Program-made: the position numbers and the translations under genes | Notes under the pieces: model-generated | The model's input: only the letters and a program-made list of their open reading frames with translations | Told to the model about the DNA's origin: nothing | Database searches by the model: none | Origin: an uncultured Candidatus Saccharibacteria bacterium | GTDB lineage: Bacteria; Patescibacteriota; Saccharimonadia; Saccharimonadales; EFPC-124 | Assembly: GCA_964405095.1 (NCBI GenBank) | Contig: CAYOML010000004.1 | Location: 5,080 to 69,079, forward strand | DNA length: 64,000 bases | Direction of reading: 5' to 3' | Part shown: piece after piece, positions 1 through 9,788 of the stretch | Position numbering within the stretch: position 1 is the stretch's first letter | How the letters are laid out: every line of letters starts with the position of its first letter

Positions 1-2800
1 ACATCACTAATGCATTGGCTATAGGTGCACATGCCATAACTGGTACTAACTTCAGCGTGACTGGCGCAGGGGCTGTAACTGCCGTGGGTGTTAATGCCGG
101 TGCTGGCTTGCTGCAAGGCGCCGCGGGCTTGACCGTGAGTGGTGCAACTGCCAGCATTAACACGAGTAGCAACTTTGCCACGAACATCAATACTGGTACG
201 TCAACAGGTACGGTGACAATCGGTGGTGGTAGCTCGCCGCTCGTTATCGATTCCACCAACTTTGATGTCACAAGCGCGGGAGCCGTGAGCGGGGTCACAA
301 CTCTGTCCACAAGCGGTAATATTACCGATGGCGGTGACATAGCGGTCAACGGTGGTGATATAACAAGTACTGGAGCCCTTAATATAACGCCAACTGGAAC
401 GCTGACCGCTGGTTCCACTGGCCGGACCTTGACTTTACAAGGCAATGCCAGCACGACACTTAGCGCCACAGATACTGGCAACACTACTACTCTAAGCTTC
501 CAAGTGCCAACTGCAAACGTAACCTACCGCTTGGCCACCGCAGCTGCCGGCACCTACGACGTCTGTACTACCGTTGGTAACTGCTCGGGTACTGGATCAA
601 CAAATACACTGCAGGCAGCATACGACGCCGGTAACACAATCTTAACAACTGATGGACGAGATATTGCGTTTACACTGGCTAATACCACGACCGACCCTAA
701 CTTCACTATCAACACAGCTACAGGCAGCACCGGGTTTACCTCCATAACTCGGGCTGATGGTGCTGGAACAGCTGACCCGGCTCAACTCTTACTGGTTAAA
801 AATAATGATACTGATCGGGTATTACCAATAGGTATATCAGTTCAAAGCGCTGGCGGTGGCGTAACCACTGCCTTCGACGCTTCGGGGGCTAATATAACTA
901 ATGCACTAGCAGTTGGCGCTAACGCCATAAGTGGAACGAACTTCAGTGTTACTGGTGCCGGGGCTGTAACCGCAGTCGGGGTCAACTCCGGCACTGGCTT
1001 AATCCAGGGTACAGGTGGCTTAACCGTTAGCGGCGCGACTGTAAGCCTGAACGCCAGCAGTAACTTTGCTACAAATATCAATACCGGTACATCAACCGGT
1101 ACCGTTACGATTGGTGGCGGTTCTGCTCCACTAGTGATAGACAGCACCAACTTTGATGTGACTTCGGCTGGGGCTGTCAGTGGTGTTACTACACTCAGCA
1201 CATCAGGCATCGTAACTGTCGGGACCCTAGGTGCTAACACTGGCTCCAGCAGTATCTGTCGCAACTCATCTAACCAGATTTCGACCTGTTCGGGTTCTGG
1301 CGGCATAGACGCCGCAGTGACTCTGCAGAACGCCTACGCTAACGGCAACAGCATCAGCACAACTGACGCTCGTGACGTTAGCCTCACCCTGGCCGACACC
1401 ACCACTGATGGTAACTTTACTATAACCACGGCCACCAACAGTACCGGTTTTACCAGTTTCCTACGTGCTGATGGCGGCGGGACGGCCGACCCAGCTCAAC
1501 TAGTGCTAGTTAAGAACAATGATACTGATCGTGTGCAGCCCCTAGGCATTTCGGTGCAATCGGCTGCGGGTGGTATTACTACGGCCTTCGATGCATCAGG
1601 TGCTAATATCACCAACGCACTAGCGATTGGTGCGCATGCTATAACCGGTACTAACTTTAGCGTCACAGGTGCTGGAGCTGTCACGGCTGTGGGCGTAAAC
1701 GCTGGCGCTGGTTTGTTGCAGGGTGCCTTAGGTTTGACTGTGACTGGCGCGGCTGTCAGTTTGAACGCCAGCAGTAACTTTGCGACGAACATCAATACAG
1801 GTACATCAACAGGTACAGTTACCATCGGCGGCGGTTCTGCTCCATTAGTAATAGATTCGACTAACTTTGACGTCACTTCGGCCGGGGCAGTATCAGGTGT
1901 AACCACTCTTAGTACATCAGGTAATATCACCGATGGCGGAGACATTGCTGTCAACGGCGGTGATATAACTAGCACCGGCGCGCTAAATATAACACCTACA
2001 GGTGCATTAACTGCTGGGTCAGCGGGCCAAACACTGACACTACAAGGCAACGCTTCTACCAGCCTTAGTGCAACCGATAGTGGAAGTACAACCAGTCTTG
2101 TCTTCCAAACACCTACAGCTAACGTTAACTACCGCTTAGCTACTGCCGCGGCCGGAACCTATGACATTTGCACAAGTATCGGTAACTGTTCCGGAGCGGC
2201 TACCACTCTGCAAACAGCCTACGACGCTGGTAATACCATATTAACCACCGATGGTCGCGACATCGGGTTCACTCTGGCCAATACAACCACCGATCCTAAC
2301 TTAACTATCAACACAGTCACAGGCGGTACAGGTTTCACCTCCATAACTCGTGCTGATGGTGCTGGAACAGCTGACCCGGCCCAGCTACTACTTGTCAAAA
2401 ACAACGATACAGACAGAGTGTTGCCAATTGGCGTGTCGGTACAGAGCGCTGGCGGTGGCGTAACAACGGCCTTCGATGCCAGTGGCGCAAATATTACCAA
2501 TGCTTTGGCGATTGGCGCCAATGCTATAACAGGTACCAACTTTAGCGTGACTGGTGCTGGTGCGGTAACAGCTGTGGGTGTCAACTCAGGCACCGGTCTT
2601 ATACAAGGCACCGGTGGTTTAACAATTAGCGGGGCAACTATAAGCTTGAACGCCAGTAGCAACTTCGCCACTAACATCAATACTGGTACATCAACCGGTA
2701 CCGTTACGATTGGCGGCGGTAGTGCACCACTTGTTATCGATTCGACTAATTTTGATGTAACTAGCGCAGGGGCATTGAGTGGGATAACAACCATTTCTAC
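1..2800 (+). repeat. in-frame A/B super-repeat of the giant gene (A1 <1-887, B1 888-1601, A2 1602-2486, B2 2487-~2800)
   Basis: Each unit opens with ANITNALA(I/V)GA(H/N)AI(T/S)GTNFSVTGAGAVTAVGVN. A units carry an extra NITDGGDIAVNGGDITSTGALNITPTG insert. The A1B1 to A2B2 period is about 1.6 kb. More copies may lie upstream. Confidence 0.85.
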
Positions 2801-5800
2801 CAGCAGCACAATCAATTCTCAAACCATTTCTAGCACTGCTAACTTTACTGGTACAGTTACGATCCAGGGTGCAAATGCGTTGACTCTGGGTGTAACCAGT
2901 ACTAGCACTGGCGCAGTCTTATTCAAGGGTTCCACGGCTGCCAGCGGCACACTAACTTTGATTGGCCAGGCCAATCCGACGACTAACACCATCACGCTGC
3001 CGAACGAAACCGGCACAATCTGTACCAGTGCGGCCAGCTCACCCGCTAACTGTACAAACTTTGCCCCGGCAACCGGCAGTACTGTGTATGCAACCAAGGC
3101 CTTGGATAATTTATTGAGTGTAAACATTAACACCGCACTCAGCTTCCAGAACAACCAAACTGCTACCATCAACTTTGCGTCGGCCGCTTCTGCTGGCGGC
3201 AATGCTTTGAACATCACAGGCCAAACAGCTGGTGGTACGGCCAACAACGGTGGAGCCATCACCATCCAAGCTGGTACGGCAACAACTACGGGAACAGGTG
3301 GATTACTCACCCTTAGCGGTGGCTTGCCCACGGCCACGGGCGTAGATGGCAGTGTCAGTCTAGATACTGGCCATGTCTTTGGCGCTACAGCCGGTACGAT
3401 AGACATCGGTAATGGCGCTTGGGGCCACACTGTTAACATTGCCACTAGCGGCGCTGCCCTTCAGACCATAGCTATTGGTAGTAATGGTAACTCTGGCGAT
3501 ACTGTCACCATCGAAGGTGGCACTAGTGGCTATACTATTTTCATAGGCAATGGCAACAGCGACCACGGCATCAAGATTGGCACTGGTACCGGTACGCAGA
3601 CTGTCATTGTCGGTTCAACCTCTGGCTCGAGCGGATCCGCCATGCAAGGCGGTACAGGTGGGGTGAGCCTCACCACCGGTGGCAGCTTGGTAGCCAATAC
3701 CGGAGCCATAAACTTAACGACTGGCGATCAAAATGGTACCTCGCTAAACTCAGGCTCTATAACTATACGCACAGGTGACAACGGCGGCACCGACAACAGT
3801 TCTGGATCAATTAATCTTCAGACCGGCTTTAAGAGTGGTACTGGTGTCGTCGGTGCCATTAACCTCAACACCACTAACAACGGTGCAATTAATACTGGTA
3901 CCGGCTTGATGACGGTCGGTGGTGCCTTGACAGTCAACGGAGTAGGTACCTTCAATACTGACGTTGACTTCACTCTGGCCGGAACTGAGAATGTAGCTGT
4001 CACCCACGACCTAGCTGGCACAATAAACGTTTTTGCTATCACTGGCACACCTAATGCGTCAGCTAACACTGCCAATGGGCTGTACATAGACCAAGTCAAC
4101 TCAGCCAACACTAACGGCTTTGACTCTGCGATAGTAATCAACAACTCCGATACCAATTTAGTAATTGGTAACGGCATTCTGTTTAGCAGCAGTGGTGGTG
4201 GCTTTACCAATTTCATCGACACACCAAGCTCGGTCTTCAAAGTCGACGGTTCGGGTAACACTACAGTTGCCGACCTGATCTGTAGTTCGGCGTCATGTAT
4301 TTCGACCGGTGAAATCACCGACGGTACTATTACTGGTGACGACGTAAACTCCAACATAGCCGGCCTGGGCTTAGTAAAAAATACAGCTACCACACCAGAT
4401 TCACTCGATGTCGACTTACTTGGCAGCCAGGACGGATCGGGCAGCACCTTTAGCTTCTCGGGTTTGGAATTCCAGGGTGCAAGCAGCGACACACTAACCT
4501 TGCTGCAAGGCTGTTCGGATAACCAAATCCTTAAGTGGGACGATGAAACCGGTGGCAACGGTCGCTGGGACTGCGCGGCGGATAATGGCGGTTCTATGAT
4601 TGTCCGCGAATCGGACGGCTCACCTTCTGTAAGCTCAGTTTCAACACTCGAGTTTGGTCCAGCCTCAACTTCTAGTGAAGAGTTCATTGTTACAGACCAA
4701 ACTGGCGGTGTGGCTCGGGTAGTCATTGGCACCATGGTTGGCAAGCTTAACGAGGCCGAATCGGTCACAGGCGGTTGGACGTTTGGCACCGGTGCCACGG
4801 TCTTTAACAGTCTAGCCACCTTCAACACCGATGTTGATATGATCTTCGGTGGCACCGAAAATCTCGCCGTAACATCAGACTTAGCGGGAACAGTGAACGT
4901 CGCGTCAATCATTGGGACACCATCAGCATCGGCTGGCACAACCGCTGGTCTGTTCATCCAGCAGGCCGCCAGTGCTAATACTAACGGCATCGATAGCGGT
5001 ATCGTGATTGATAATGCCGACACCGACTTAGCGCTGGCCACCGCCATAGAAATAACCAATACAGGTGCGTTCGCAACGGGTATCACCAAGGGTATCGACT
5101 TCAATGCAACAGGTATCGTAACGGACATTGAGCTACAAAATGGCGAACAGGTAGATAACAACACCGACGACCTGATAACCCTAACTGGTACTGGCGGTAC
5201 TAACAACGAAACACTGGTCATCGACCTCGACTCAGTTGGTGCTTCGGGTGTTACCTTATCTTCTGGCGGTACCCACGTGCTTGTTAACGATAACTTATCC
5301 GTTGGTATTGACGGTGCGACAACCGAAAATATATCTTACGCGGGCTTTGCCTTCTCTGGTAACGACCTTTACACAGACGATATGTTAGGCGTAAATGGTA
5401 ATGCCTTTATAGATGGGACATTGTCGGTATTGGGTACATCCACCTTTGACGGCTTGGCCACCTTCAACACAGACGTCGACATGACCTTTGCCGGCACAGA
5501 AAACCAGGCAATAACCTCTGACCTCGCTGGCACTGTCAACGTCTTAAGTATCATCGGCACACCATCGGCATCGGCTGGCACAACCCGCGGTATCTTTATC
5601 CAACAAGCAGCTTCAGCTAGCACCAACGGTATAGACAGCGGCATAGTAATAGACAACGCTGATACCGACCTGGCCCTGGCCACGGCTATTGAAATCACCA
5701 ATTCCGGGGCATTCGCAACCGGTATCACCAAGGGTATCGACTTTAATACCACTGGAATAGTTACGGATATTGAGCTACAAAACGCCGAACAGATAGATAA

Positions 5801-8800
5801 CAACACCGATGACAACGTAACCTTTACAGGCACCGGTGGTACTAATAACGAAACATTTACTATTGACCTTGATTCTGTAGGCTCATCTGGCGCAACCTTA
5901 TCTTCTGGTGGCACATTCGTGTTGGTTAACGATAACTTGTCAGTTGGTATTGACGGTGCCACAACCGAAAACATCTCCACTGCTGGCTTTGCCTTCAGCG
6001 GTAACGACTTGTACGTCGACGATATGTTTGGCGTTAACGGCAACACCTTCCTAGACGGCACAGTCAACTTCGGTGCTATGATAACTGACGCTAACGCTGT
6101 ACTGTATACCGACACTAATGGATTAGTAACCAGGGTAGTCGAGACCGAGACCGGTTCACAGTGTCTGCTTTCAGGTGCTGGTGCTAGTGGCATACCGGTG
6201 TGGGGCTCATGTGCAGGCGGTTCCTCACCGTTCACCTCTGACGGCACGACGATAACTAAGACTACAATCGGTGATGTCCTTAGCCTGCGCTACGGCGACG
6301 CGGCTGACACACAGCTGACTATCGAGAACACTACAAACAACGTTATACCAACCAGCGATGCGGCGGTGATAGATCTATCTGGCAATACCACAGGCATTAT
6401 AACCGACGGTGTTGACGGGCTGTACATACATACAGAGTTCGGTGATGAAGGCAGCACCACTACCACTTCGGCTCTGCACTTAGACGTCGACCCTGTGGCT
6501 ATCACAACTTCGGGTGACAACTTCTATGCTCTTAACATTGACGGGTTAAGTGCCACCAGCGCGACCGAATATGCCATCAATATCGGCAGCAACTGGGATC
6601 AAGCCATAGTCGCCAACGGCAAAGTTAGCATCGGCAGTAGCGTCGGTACCTCACAGCTATATGTCTTAGGAGCTTCGGGCTTGGGTGCCACGGACGGTCT
6701 GATAGTAAGGGGCGGTGACGCGACCGGTGATACTGCCCAGGGTGGCGAGGGGCTTAAAGCTACCGGCGGTGATGGCGCTGATATAGGCGCGGGCATAACC
6801 CCTGGCCTGGGCGGTATTATTGAGTTGATTGGTGGGATTGGTGGAGCCGGCGACTTAACCAATGACGCCGCAGCTGGCGGCGGCATATCTATAACAGGTG
6901 GCGCTGGCGGTAATGCGGCGGGCGCAAACGCCGGCAACGGTGGCAATGTTGTCATTACCGGTGGCGCGTCAGGTACTGGAGGCAGTGCTACGGCGGGGAG
7001 TGTAATCATCAGTGGTGGTACGGGTACTGGCACAGGCCAGGGCGTGGTAATAGTTAGACCGAACTCAGATGCCAGCAACATATTCCAGGTACAAACCAAC
7101 GGTACTACAGCAATCTTTACTGCCGACACCGAAACAGCCGTCGATCCGCTTAAGATTAAGATTGGTGACACTTCAACAGCTAACGCGCCTGTTCTGTTAG
7201 TGCTCGACCAAGAAGATGCTGACCCGACCGGCGTGACTGGAGCGATGTACTTCCAAACTGGTAGCAACACGTTCCGCTGTTACACAACCAGCTGGGGTGC
7301 CTGTGCGGGCAGTGGCAGCGCGCCACGACTCGACCAAATAACTGCCGCTACCACCAACGGATCAGCTCAGAACAGCGCCAACTTCACCATCGAGTGGGAC
7401 TGGAACTCGTTGACTACCCAACGTGGGTTGACCATGAACTCTACGGCTACCGGCTTAACTACGGGTGGTCTGTTGGCCTTGGGTAGCACGTCCAGTACTT
7501 ACAACCATGCTAACGGTGAGACTGGCAGCTTGTTCACACTTGGTGTGAAAGATGGTACGACAACGTCTGGTGCGGTCACGTCAACGACTAATGCGTTAAG
7601 CATATCTGCAACCCTGGCAGCCACAACCAGCACCTCTGGGGTTAAGACGCTCAATGCGATTAACGCCAACGCTCCGACCTTTACTTCCTGTAGCGGCGGC
7701 GGTACTTGTGTGTACAACGCTTTCCTAGGCACACTGACTGCGCCAGCCGCCGGCATCACTACCGTCAATGGCATTAACATAGTTGGTGCCGCTAACACCG
7801 TTGCTGCAACAACGCAGAGCCTGATCTTCCTTGATCCAGCTGCCTCGGGCAACTCAAACGGTACGTTGGTTGGGCTAAATATCGACTCTATTACCACTGG
7901 AGGTGTAGCGACCGAATACGGCATAAATGTCGGCAGTGGCTGGGACCAGGCGATCGTAGCTGACGGCAAGGTCAGCATTGGCAGCACAATTGGCACTGCC
8001 CAGTTAAGAGTAACGGGTGCGAATGGCTCAAGCTCGGCAGGCACTGACGGCATAGTGGTTGTTTCTGGAAACGGCTCGGGAGCTTCTAGCTTCGACGGTG
8101 GCGCCAATACCATTACAAGCGGTACTGGTGCCAGTAACTCTAGTGGTGCTACAACCGCCGGCAAGGGGGGGTTGATAACACTCACGACTGGAACTGGCGG
8201 TGCGACCAGTGGCACTTCTACGGCTGGTGGTGGTGCCGGTGGTGCATTGAGTTTAATTGCTGGCAATGGTGGTGCGGGTAGCACAAGTGCTTCTTTGCCC
8301 GGCGGTACCGGTGGCAGCATCATTATTACCGCAGGTAATGGTGGTGATACTAATGGCACAGCCGCTCAAGGTAATGGTGGATCGATCACCCTAACTGCAG
8401 GTGCAGCTGGCACCATTGTTGATACACCGGGAGTTTCCGGCAACATTAACTTCCTTACCGCTTCTACTGGCCAAGGTTCTGCTGGCTCGGTTATCGCCAA
8501 GTCGGGCATAGATTCGGATACCTTCTTCCAAATTCAGCGCAACTCTGGCGTGGCGATATTAACTGCAGATACCGAATCCACAAACAATCCGCTTAAGATC
8601 CAGATTGGTGACACTTCGACAGCTAACGCGCCTGTCATGTTGGTGCTAGACCAAGAAGATGCCGACCCATCCACTGGTTTGCTCAACGGTATGATGTACT
8701 ACAATACGACCACCAACAAGTTCAAGTGCTATGAGAACACTGGCTGGACAAACTGTATTGGATCAGGTGGCAGTACTACACTGCAACAAGCGTATGATGC

Positions 8801-9770
8801 CGATGCTGACGGCTCCGAAGTAATTATTTCCCTGACAGCAGCCGATGACGGCTTGATTTTCCGCAACCCGTTGACAACTGGTACCAACCTATCAGCATAC
8901 ATACTGACGATCGACCAGCTTGAGACTAGCGGCACAGGCTGTGCCGGTAGCCCAGGTTGTGGTGGCCTATTGATCCAAAGCGTTGGTACCGGCCCCTTGC
9001 TTAAGATTACCGACAACACAAGTGTCGCCAGAGACGTACTGACCATAGCCGACGGTGGAGCAACTACCTTCCGTAACCAGAGCGACAGCACCGCAGCGTT
9101 CAAGATCATGACAGCAGCAGGCACCGATGTCTTCAACGTCGACACTAGCAACTCCAAGTTCATACTCGGCACCAGTACCAATGGCATGGTATTCGATACC
9201 GATGCCGGCACCGGACCGACATATGTGGGTACTGGCCGCCCAACCAAGCGCATAACACTAGTGCCAGAATACCCTGGAGCAGTACTATCTGGCGACAGTG
9301 ACGGCAGCAACACCGGTACTATGACCTCAGACTTCTGCTCGAACAGTGCATTACTCAACATTAACTCCGCAGCCGCCTGTGCGACGTCTGGTGATCAGCA
9401 CAACTACTACACCTGGGTTACAACATCCGGAAACGACTACGATATATACATTACCTACAGAATGCCAAGCGACTTCGACGGGTTTACTTCCAGCACATCT
9501 ATTCAAATGTATGCTTGGCGTACAGACAGCACGGCTACAACAGAAGTAAAACTCGCGCTATTTGAGGGTGCTACAGAGTGTGGCACTGGATCGACCACAA
9601 ACATTGCGACTGGCACAGCTACATGGACGGAAAATCCACCAGGGGGAGACGAATCGGCTTGTTCGGGTATAGTCGCCAACGACATTGTAACCTGGAGAAT
9701 CAACATGGAAGCTAACAACAAGACCGTTCGCGCTGGCGAAATCCGCTTTGATTACTATAGTAAGTTCTAG
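1..9770 (+). CDS. giant repetitive surface/fibre-like protein (C-terminal >3,251 aa; true start upstream of window)
   Basis: One open frame runs from nt 3 to the TAG at 9768-9770. The codons before the listed TTG(15) read ITNA and continue the internal ANITNALAIGAHAITG repeat, so the gene begins outside the window. The protein is Gly/Thr/Ser/Ala/Asn-rich, has three internal repeat families, and ends in a unique C-terminal region of about 330 aa. Confidence 0.85.
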   Translation, partial: ITNALAIGAHAITGTNFSVTGAGAVTAVGVNAGAGLLQGAAGLTVSGATASINTSSNFATNINTGTSTGTVTIGGGSSPLVIDSTNFDVTSAGAVSGVTTLSTSGNITDGGDIAVNGGDITSTGALNITPTGTLTAGSTGRTLTLQGNASTTLSATDTGNTTTLSFQVPTANVTYRLATAAAGTYDVCTTVGNCSGTGSTNTLQAAYDAGNTILTTDGRDIAFTLANTTTDPNFTINTATGSTGFTSITRADGAGTADPAQLLLVKNNDTDRVLPIGISVQSAGGGVTTAFDASGANITNALAVGANAISGTNFSVTGAGAVTAVGVNSGTGLIQGTGGLTVSGATVSLNASSNFATNINTGTSTGTVTIGGGSAPLVIDSTNFDVTSAGAVSGVTTLSTSGIVTVGTLGANTGSSSICRNSSNQISTCSGSGGIDAAVTLQNAYANGNSISTTDARDVSLTLADTTTDGNFTITTATNSTGFTSFLRADGGGTADPAQLVLVKNNDTDRVQPLGISVQSAAGGITTAFDASGANITNALAIGAHAITGTNFSVTGAGAVTAVGVNAGAGLLQGALGLTVTGAAVSLNASSNFATNINTGTSTGTVTIGGGSAPLVIDSTNFDVTSAGAVSGVTTLSTSGNITDGGDIAVNGGDITSTGALNITPTGALTAGSAGQTLTLQGNASTSLSATDSGSTTSLVFQTPTANVNYRLATAAAGTYDICTSIGNCSGAATTLQTAYDAGNTILTTDGRDIGFTLANTTTDPNLTINTVTGGTGFTSITRADGAGTADPAQLLLVKNNDTDRVLPIGVSVQSAGGGVTTAFDASGANITNALAIGANAITGTNFSVTGAGAVTAVGVNSGTGLIQGTGGLTISGATISLNASSNFATNINTGTSTGTVTIGGGSAPLVIDSTNFDVTSAGALSGITTISTSSTINSQTISSTANFTGTVTIQGANALTLGVTSTSTGAVLFKGSTAASGTLTLIGQANPTTNTITLPNETGTICTSAASSPANCTNFAPATGSTVYATKALDNLLSVNINTALSFQNNQTATINFASAASAGGNALNITGQTAGGTANNGGAITIQAGTATTTGTGGLLTLSGGLPTATGVDGSVSLDTGHVFGATAGTIDIGNGAWGHTVNIATSGAALQTIAIGSNGNSGDTVTIEGGTSGYTIFIGNGNSDHGIKIGTGTGTQTVIVGSTSGSSGSAMQGGTGGVSLTTGGSLVANTGAINLTTGDQNGTSLNSGSITIRTGDNGGTDNSSGSINLQTGFKSGTGVVGAINLNTTNNGAINTGTGLMTVGGALTVNGVGTFNTDVDFTLAGTENVAVTHDLAGTINVFAITGTPNASANTANGLYIDQVNSANTNGFDSAIVINNSDTNLVIGNGILFSSSGGGFTNFIDTPSSVFKVDGSGNTTVADLICSSASCISTGEITDGTITGDDVNSNIAGLGLVKNTATTPDSLDVDLLGSQDGSGSTFSFSGLEFQGASSDTLTLLQGCSDNQILKWDDETGGNGRWDCAADNGGSMIVRESDGSPSVSSVSTLEFGPASTSSEEFIVTDQTGGVARVVIGTMVGKLNEAESVTGGWTFGTGATVFNSLATFNTDVDMIFGGTENLAVTSDLAGTVNVASIIGTPSASAGTTAGLFIQQAASANTNGIDSGIVIDNADTDLALATAIEITNTGAFATGITKGIDFNATGIVTDIELQNGEQVDNNTDDLITLTGTGGTNNETLVIDLDSVGASGVTLSSGGTHVLVNDNLSVGIDGATTENISYAGFAFSGNDLYTDDMLGVNGNAFIDGTLSVLGTSTFDGLATFNTDVDMTFAGTENQAITSDLAGTVNVLSIIGTPSASAGTTRGIFIQQAASASTNGIDSGIVIDNADTDLALATAIEITNSGAFATGITKGIDFNTTGIVTDIELQNAEQIDNNTDDNVTFTGTGGTNNETFTIDLDSVGSSGATLSSGGTFVLVNDNLSVGIDGATTENISTAGFAFSGNDLYVDDMFGVNGNTFLDGTVNFGAMITDANAVLYTDTNGLVTRVVETETGSQCLLSGAGASGIPVWGSCAGGSSPFTSDGTTITKTTIGDVLSLRYGDAADTQLTIENTTNNVIPTSDAAVIDLSGNTTGIITDGVDGLYIHTEFGDEGSTTTTSALHLDVDPVAITTSGDNFYALNIDGLSATSATEYAINIGSNWDQAIVANGKVSIGSSVGTSQLYVLGASGLGATDGLIVRGGDATGDTAQGGEGLKATGGDGADIGAGITPGLGGIIELIGGIGGAGDLTNDAAAGGGISITGGAGGNAAGANAGNGGNVVITGGASGTGGSATAGSVIISGGTGTGTGQGVVIVRPNSDASNIFQVQTNGTTAIFTADTETAVDPLKIKIGDTSTANAPVLLVLDQEDADPTGVTGAMYFQTGSNTFRCYTTSWGACAGSGSAPRLDQITAATTNGSAQNSANFTIEWDWNSLTTQRGLTMNSTATGLTTGGLLALGSTSSTYNHANGETGSLFTLGVKDGTTTSGAVTSTTNALSISATLAATTSTSGVKTLNAINANAPTFTSCSGGGTCVYNAFLGTLTAPAAGITTVNGINIVGAANTVAATTQSLIFLDPAASGNSNGTLVGLNIDSITTGGVATEYGINVGSGWDQAIVADGKVSIGSTIGTAQLRVTGANGSSSAGTDGIVVVSGNGSGASSFDGGANTITSGTGASNSSGATTAGKGGLITLTTGTGGATSGTSTAGGGAGGALSLIAGNGGAGSTSASLPGGTGGSIIITAGNGGDTNGTAAQGNGGSITLTAGAAGTIVDTPGVSGNINFLTASTGQGSAGSVIAKSGIDSDTFFQIQRNSGVAILTADTESTNNPLKIQIGDTSTANAPVMLVLDQEDADPSTGLLNGMMYYNTTTNKFKCYENTGWTNCIGSGGSTTLQQAYDADADGSEVIISLTAADDGLIFRNPLTTGTNLSAYILTIDQLETSGTGCAGSPGCGGLLIQSVGTGPLLKITDNTSVARDVLTIADGGATTFRNQSDSTAAFKIMTAAGTDVFNVDTSNSKFILGTSTNGMVFDTDAGTGPTYVGTGRPTKRITLVPEYPGAVLSGDSDGSNTGTMTSDFCSNSALLNINSAAACATSGDQHNYYTWVTTSGNDYDIYITYRMPSDFDGFTSSTSIQMYAWRTDSTATTEVKLALFEGATECGTGSTTNIATGTATWTENPPGGDESACSGIVANDIVTWRINMEANNKTVRAGEIRFDYYSKF
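3948..6065 (+). repeat. TFNTDVD...GTEN module: one degenerate copy (3948-~4200) plus two tandem 642-nt (214-codon) copies (4815-5456, 5457-~6065)
   Basis: ATFNTDVDM(I/T)F(G/A)GTEN...DLAGTVNV.SIIGTPSASAGTT.G.FIQQAAS...GIDFN.TGIVTDIELQN...VGIDGATTENIS is repeated almost residue for residue. The offset 5457-4815 equals 642 nt. Confidence 0.85.
6567..8756 (+). repeat. two distant homologous modules (6567-7304 and 7914-8756) of the giant gene
   Basis: Both start EY(A/G)IN(I/V)GS.WDQAIVA(N/D)GKVSIGS and contain a Gly-rich low-complexity core. Both end ...PLKI.IGDTSTANAPV.LVLDQEDADP...Y(F/Y)(Q/N)T...(F)(R/K)CY...W..C. Confidence 0.8.
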
Positions 9771-9788
9771 GATGATTAGGGTATAGGA

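Noticed and set aside
1-8756. Possibility that the giant-gene repeats are template/variable repeats of a diversity-generating retroelement
   Set aside because: Differences between repeat units are overwhelmingly synonymous and involve all four bases rather than adenine-specific substitutions. No reverse transcriptase gene is present in the window.
554-9721. Many long antisense or out-of-frame ORFs inside the giant gene (for example 842-1306, 2219-2815, 2819-3445, 3818-5221, 5369-6247, 6599-7270, 7499-8359, 8729-9361)
   Set aside because: They are a by-product of the sense frame's ACN/GGN/GCN/GTN/AAC codon bias, which leaves the opposite strand almost free of stop codons. Their translations are low-complexity Pro/Val/Ala strings with no start context, and they all nest within one continuous, repeat-consistent sense ORF.
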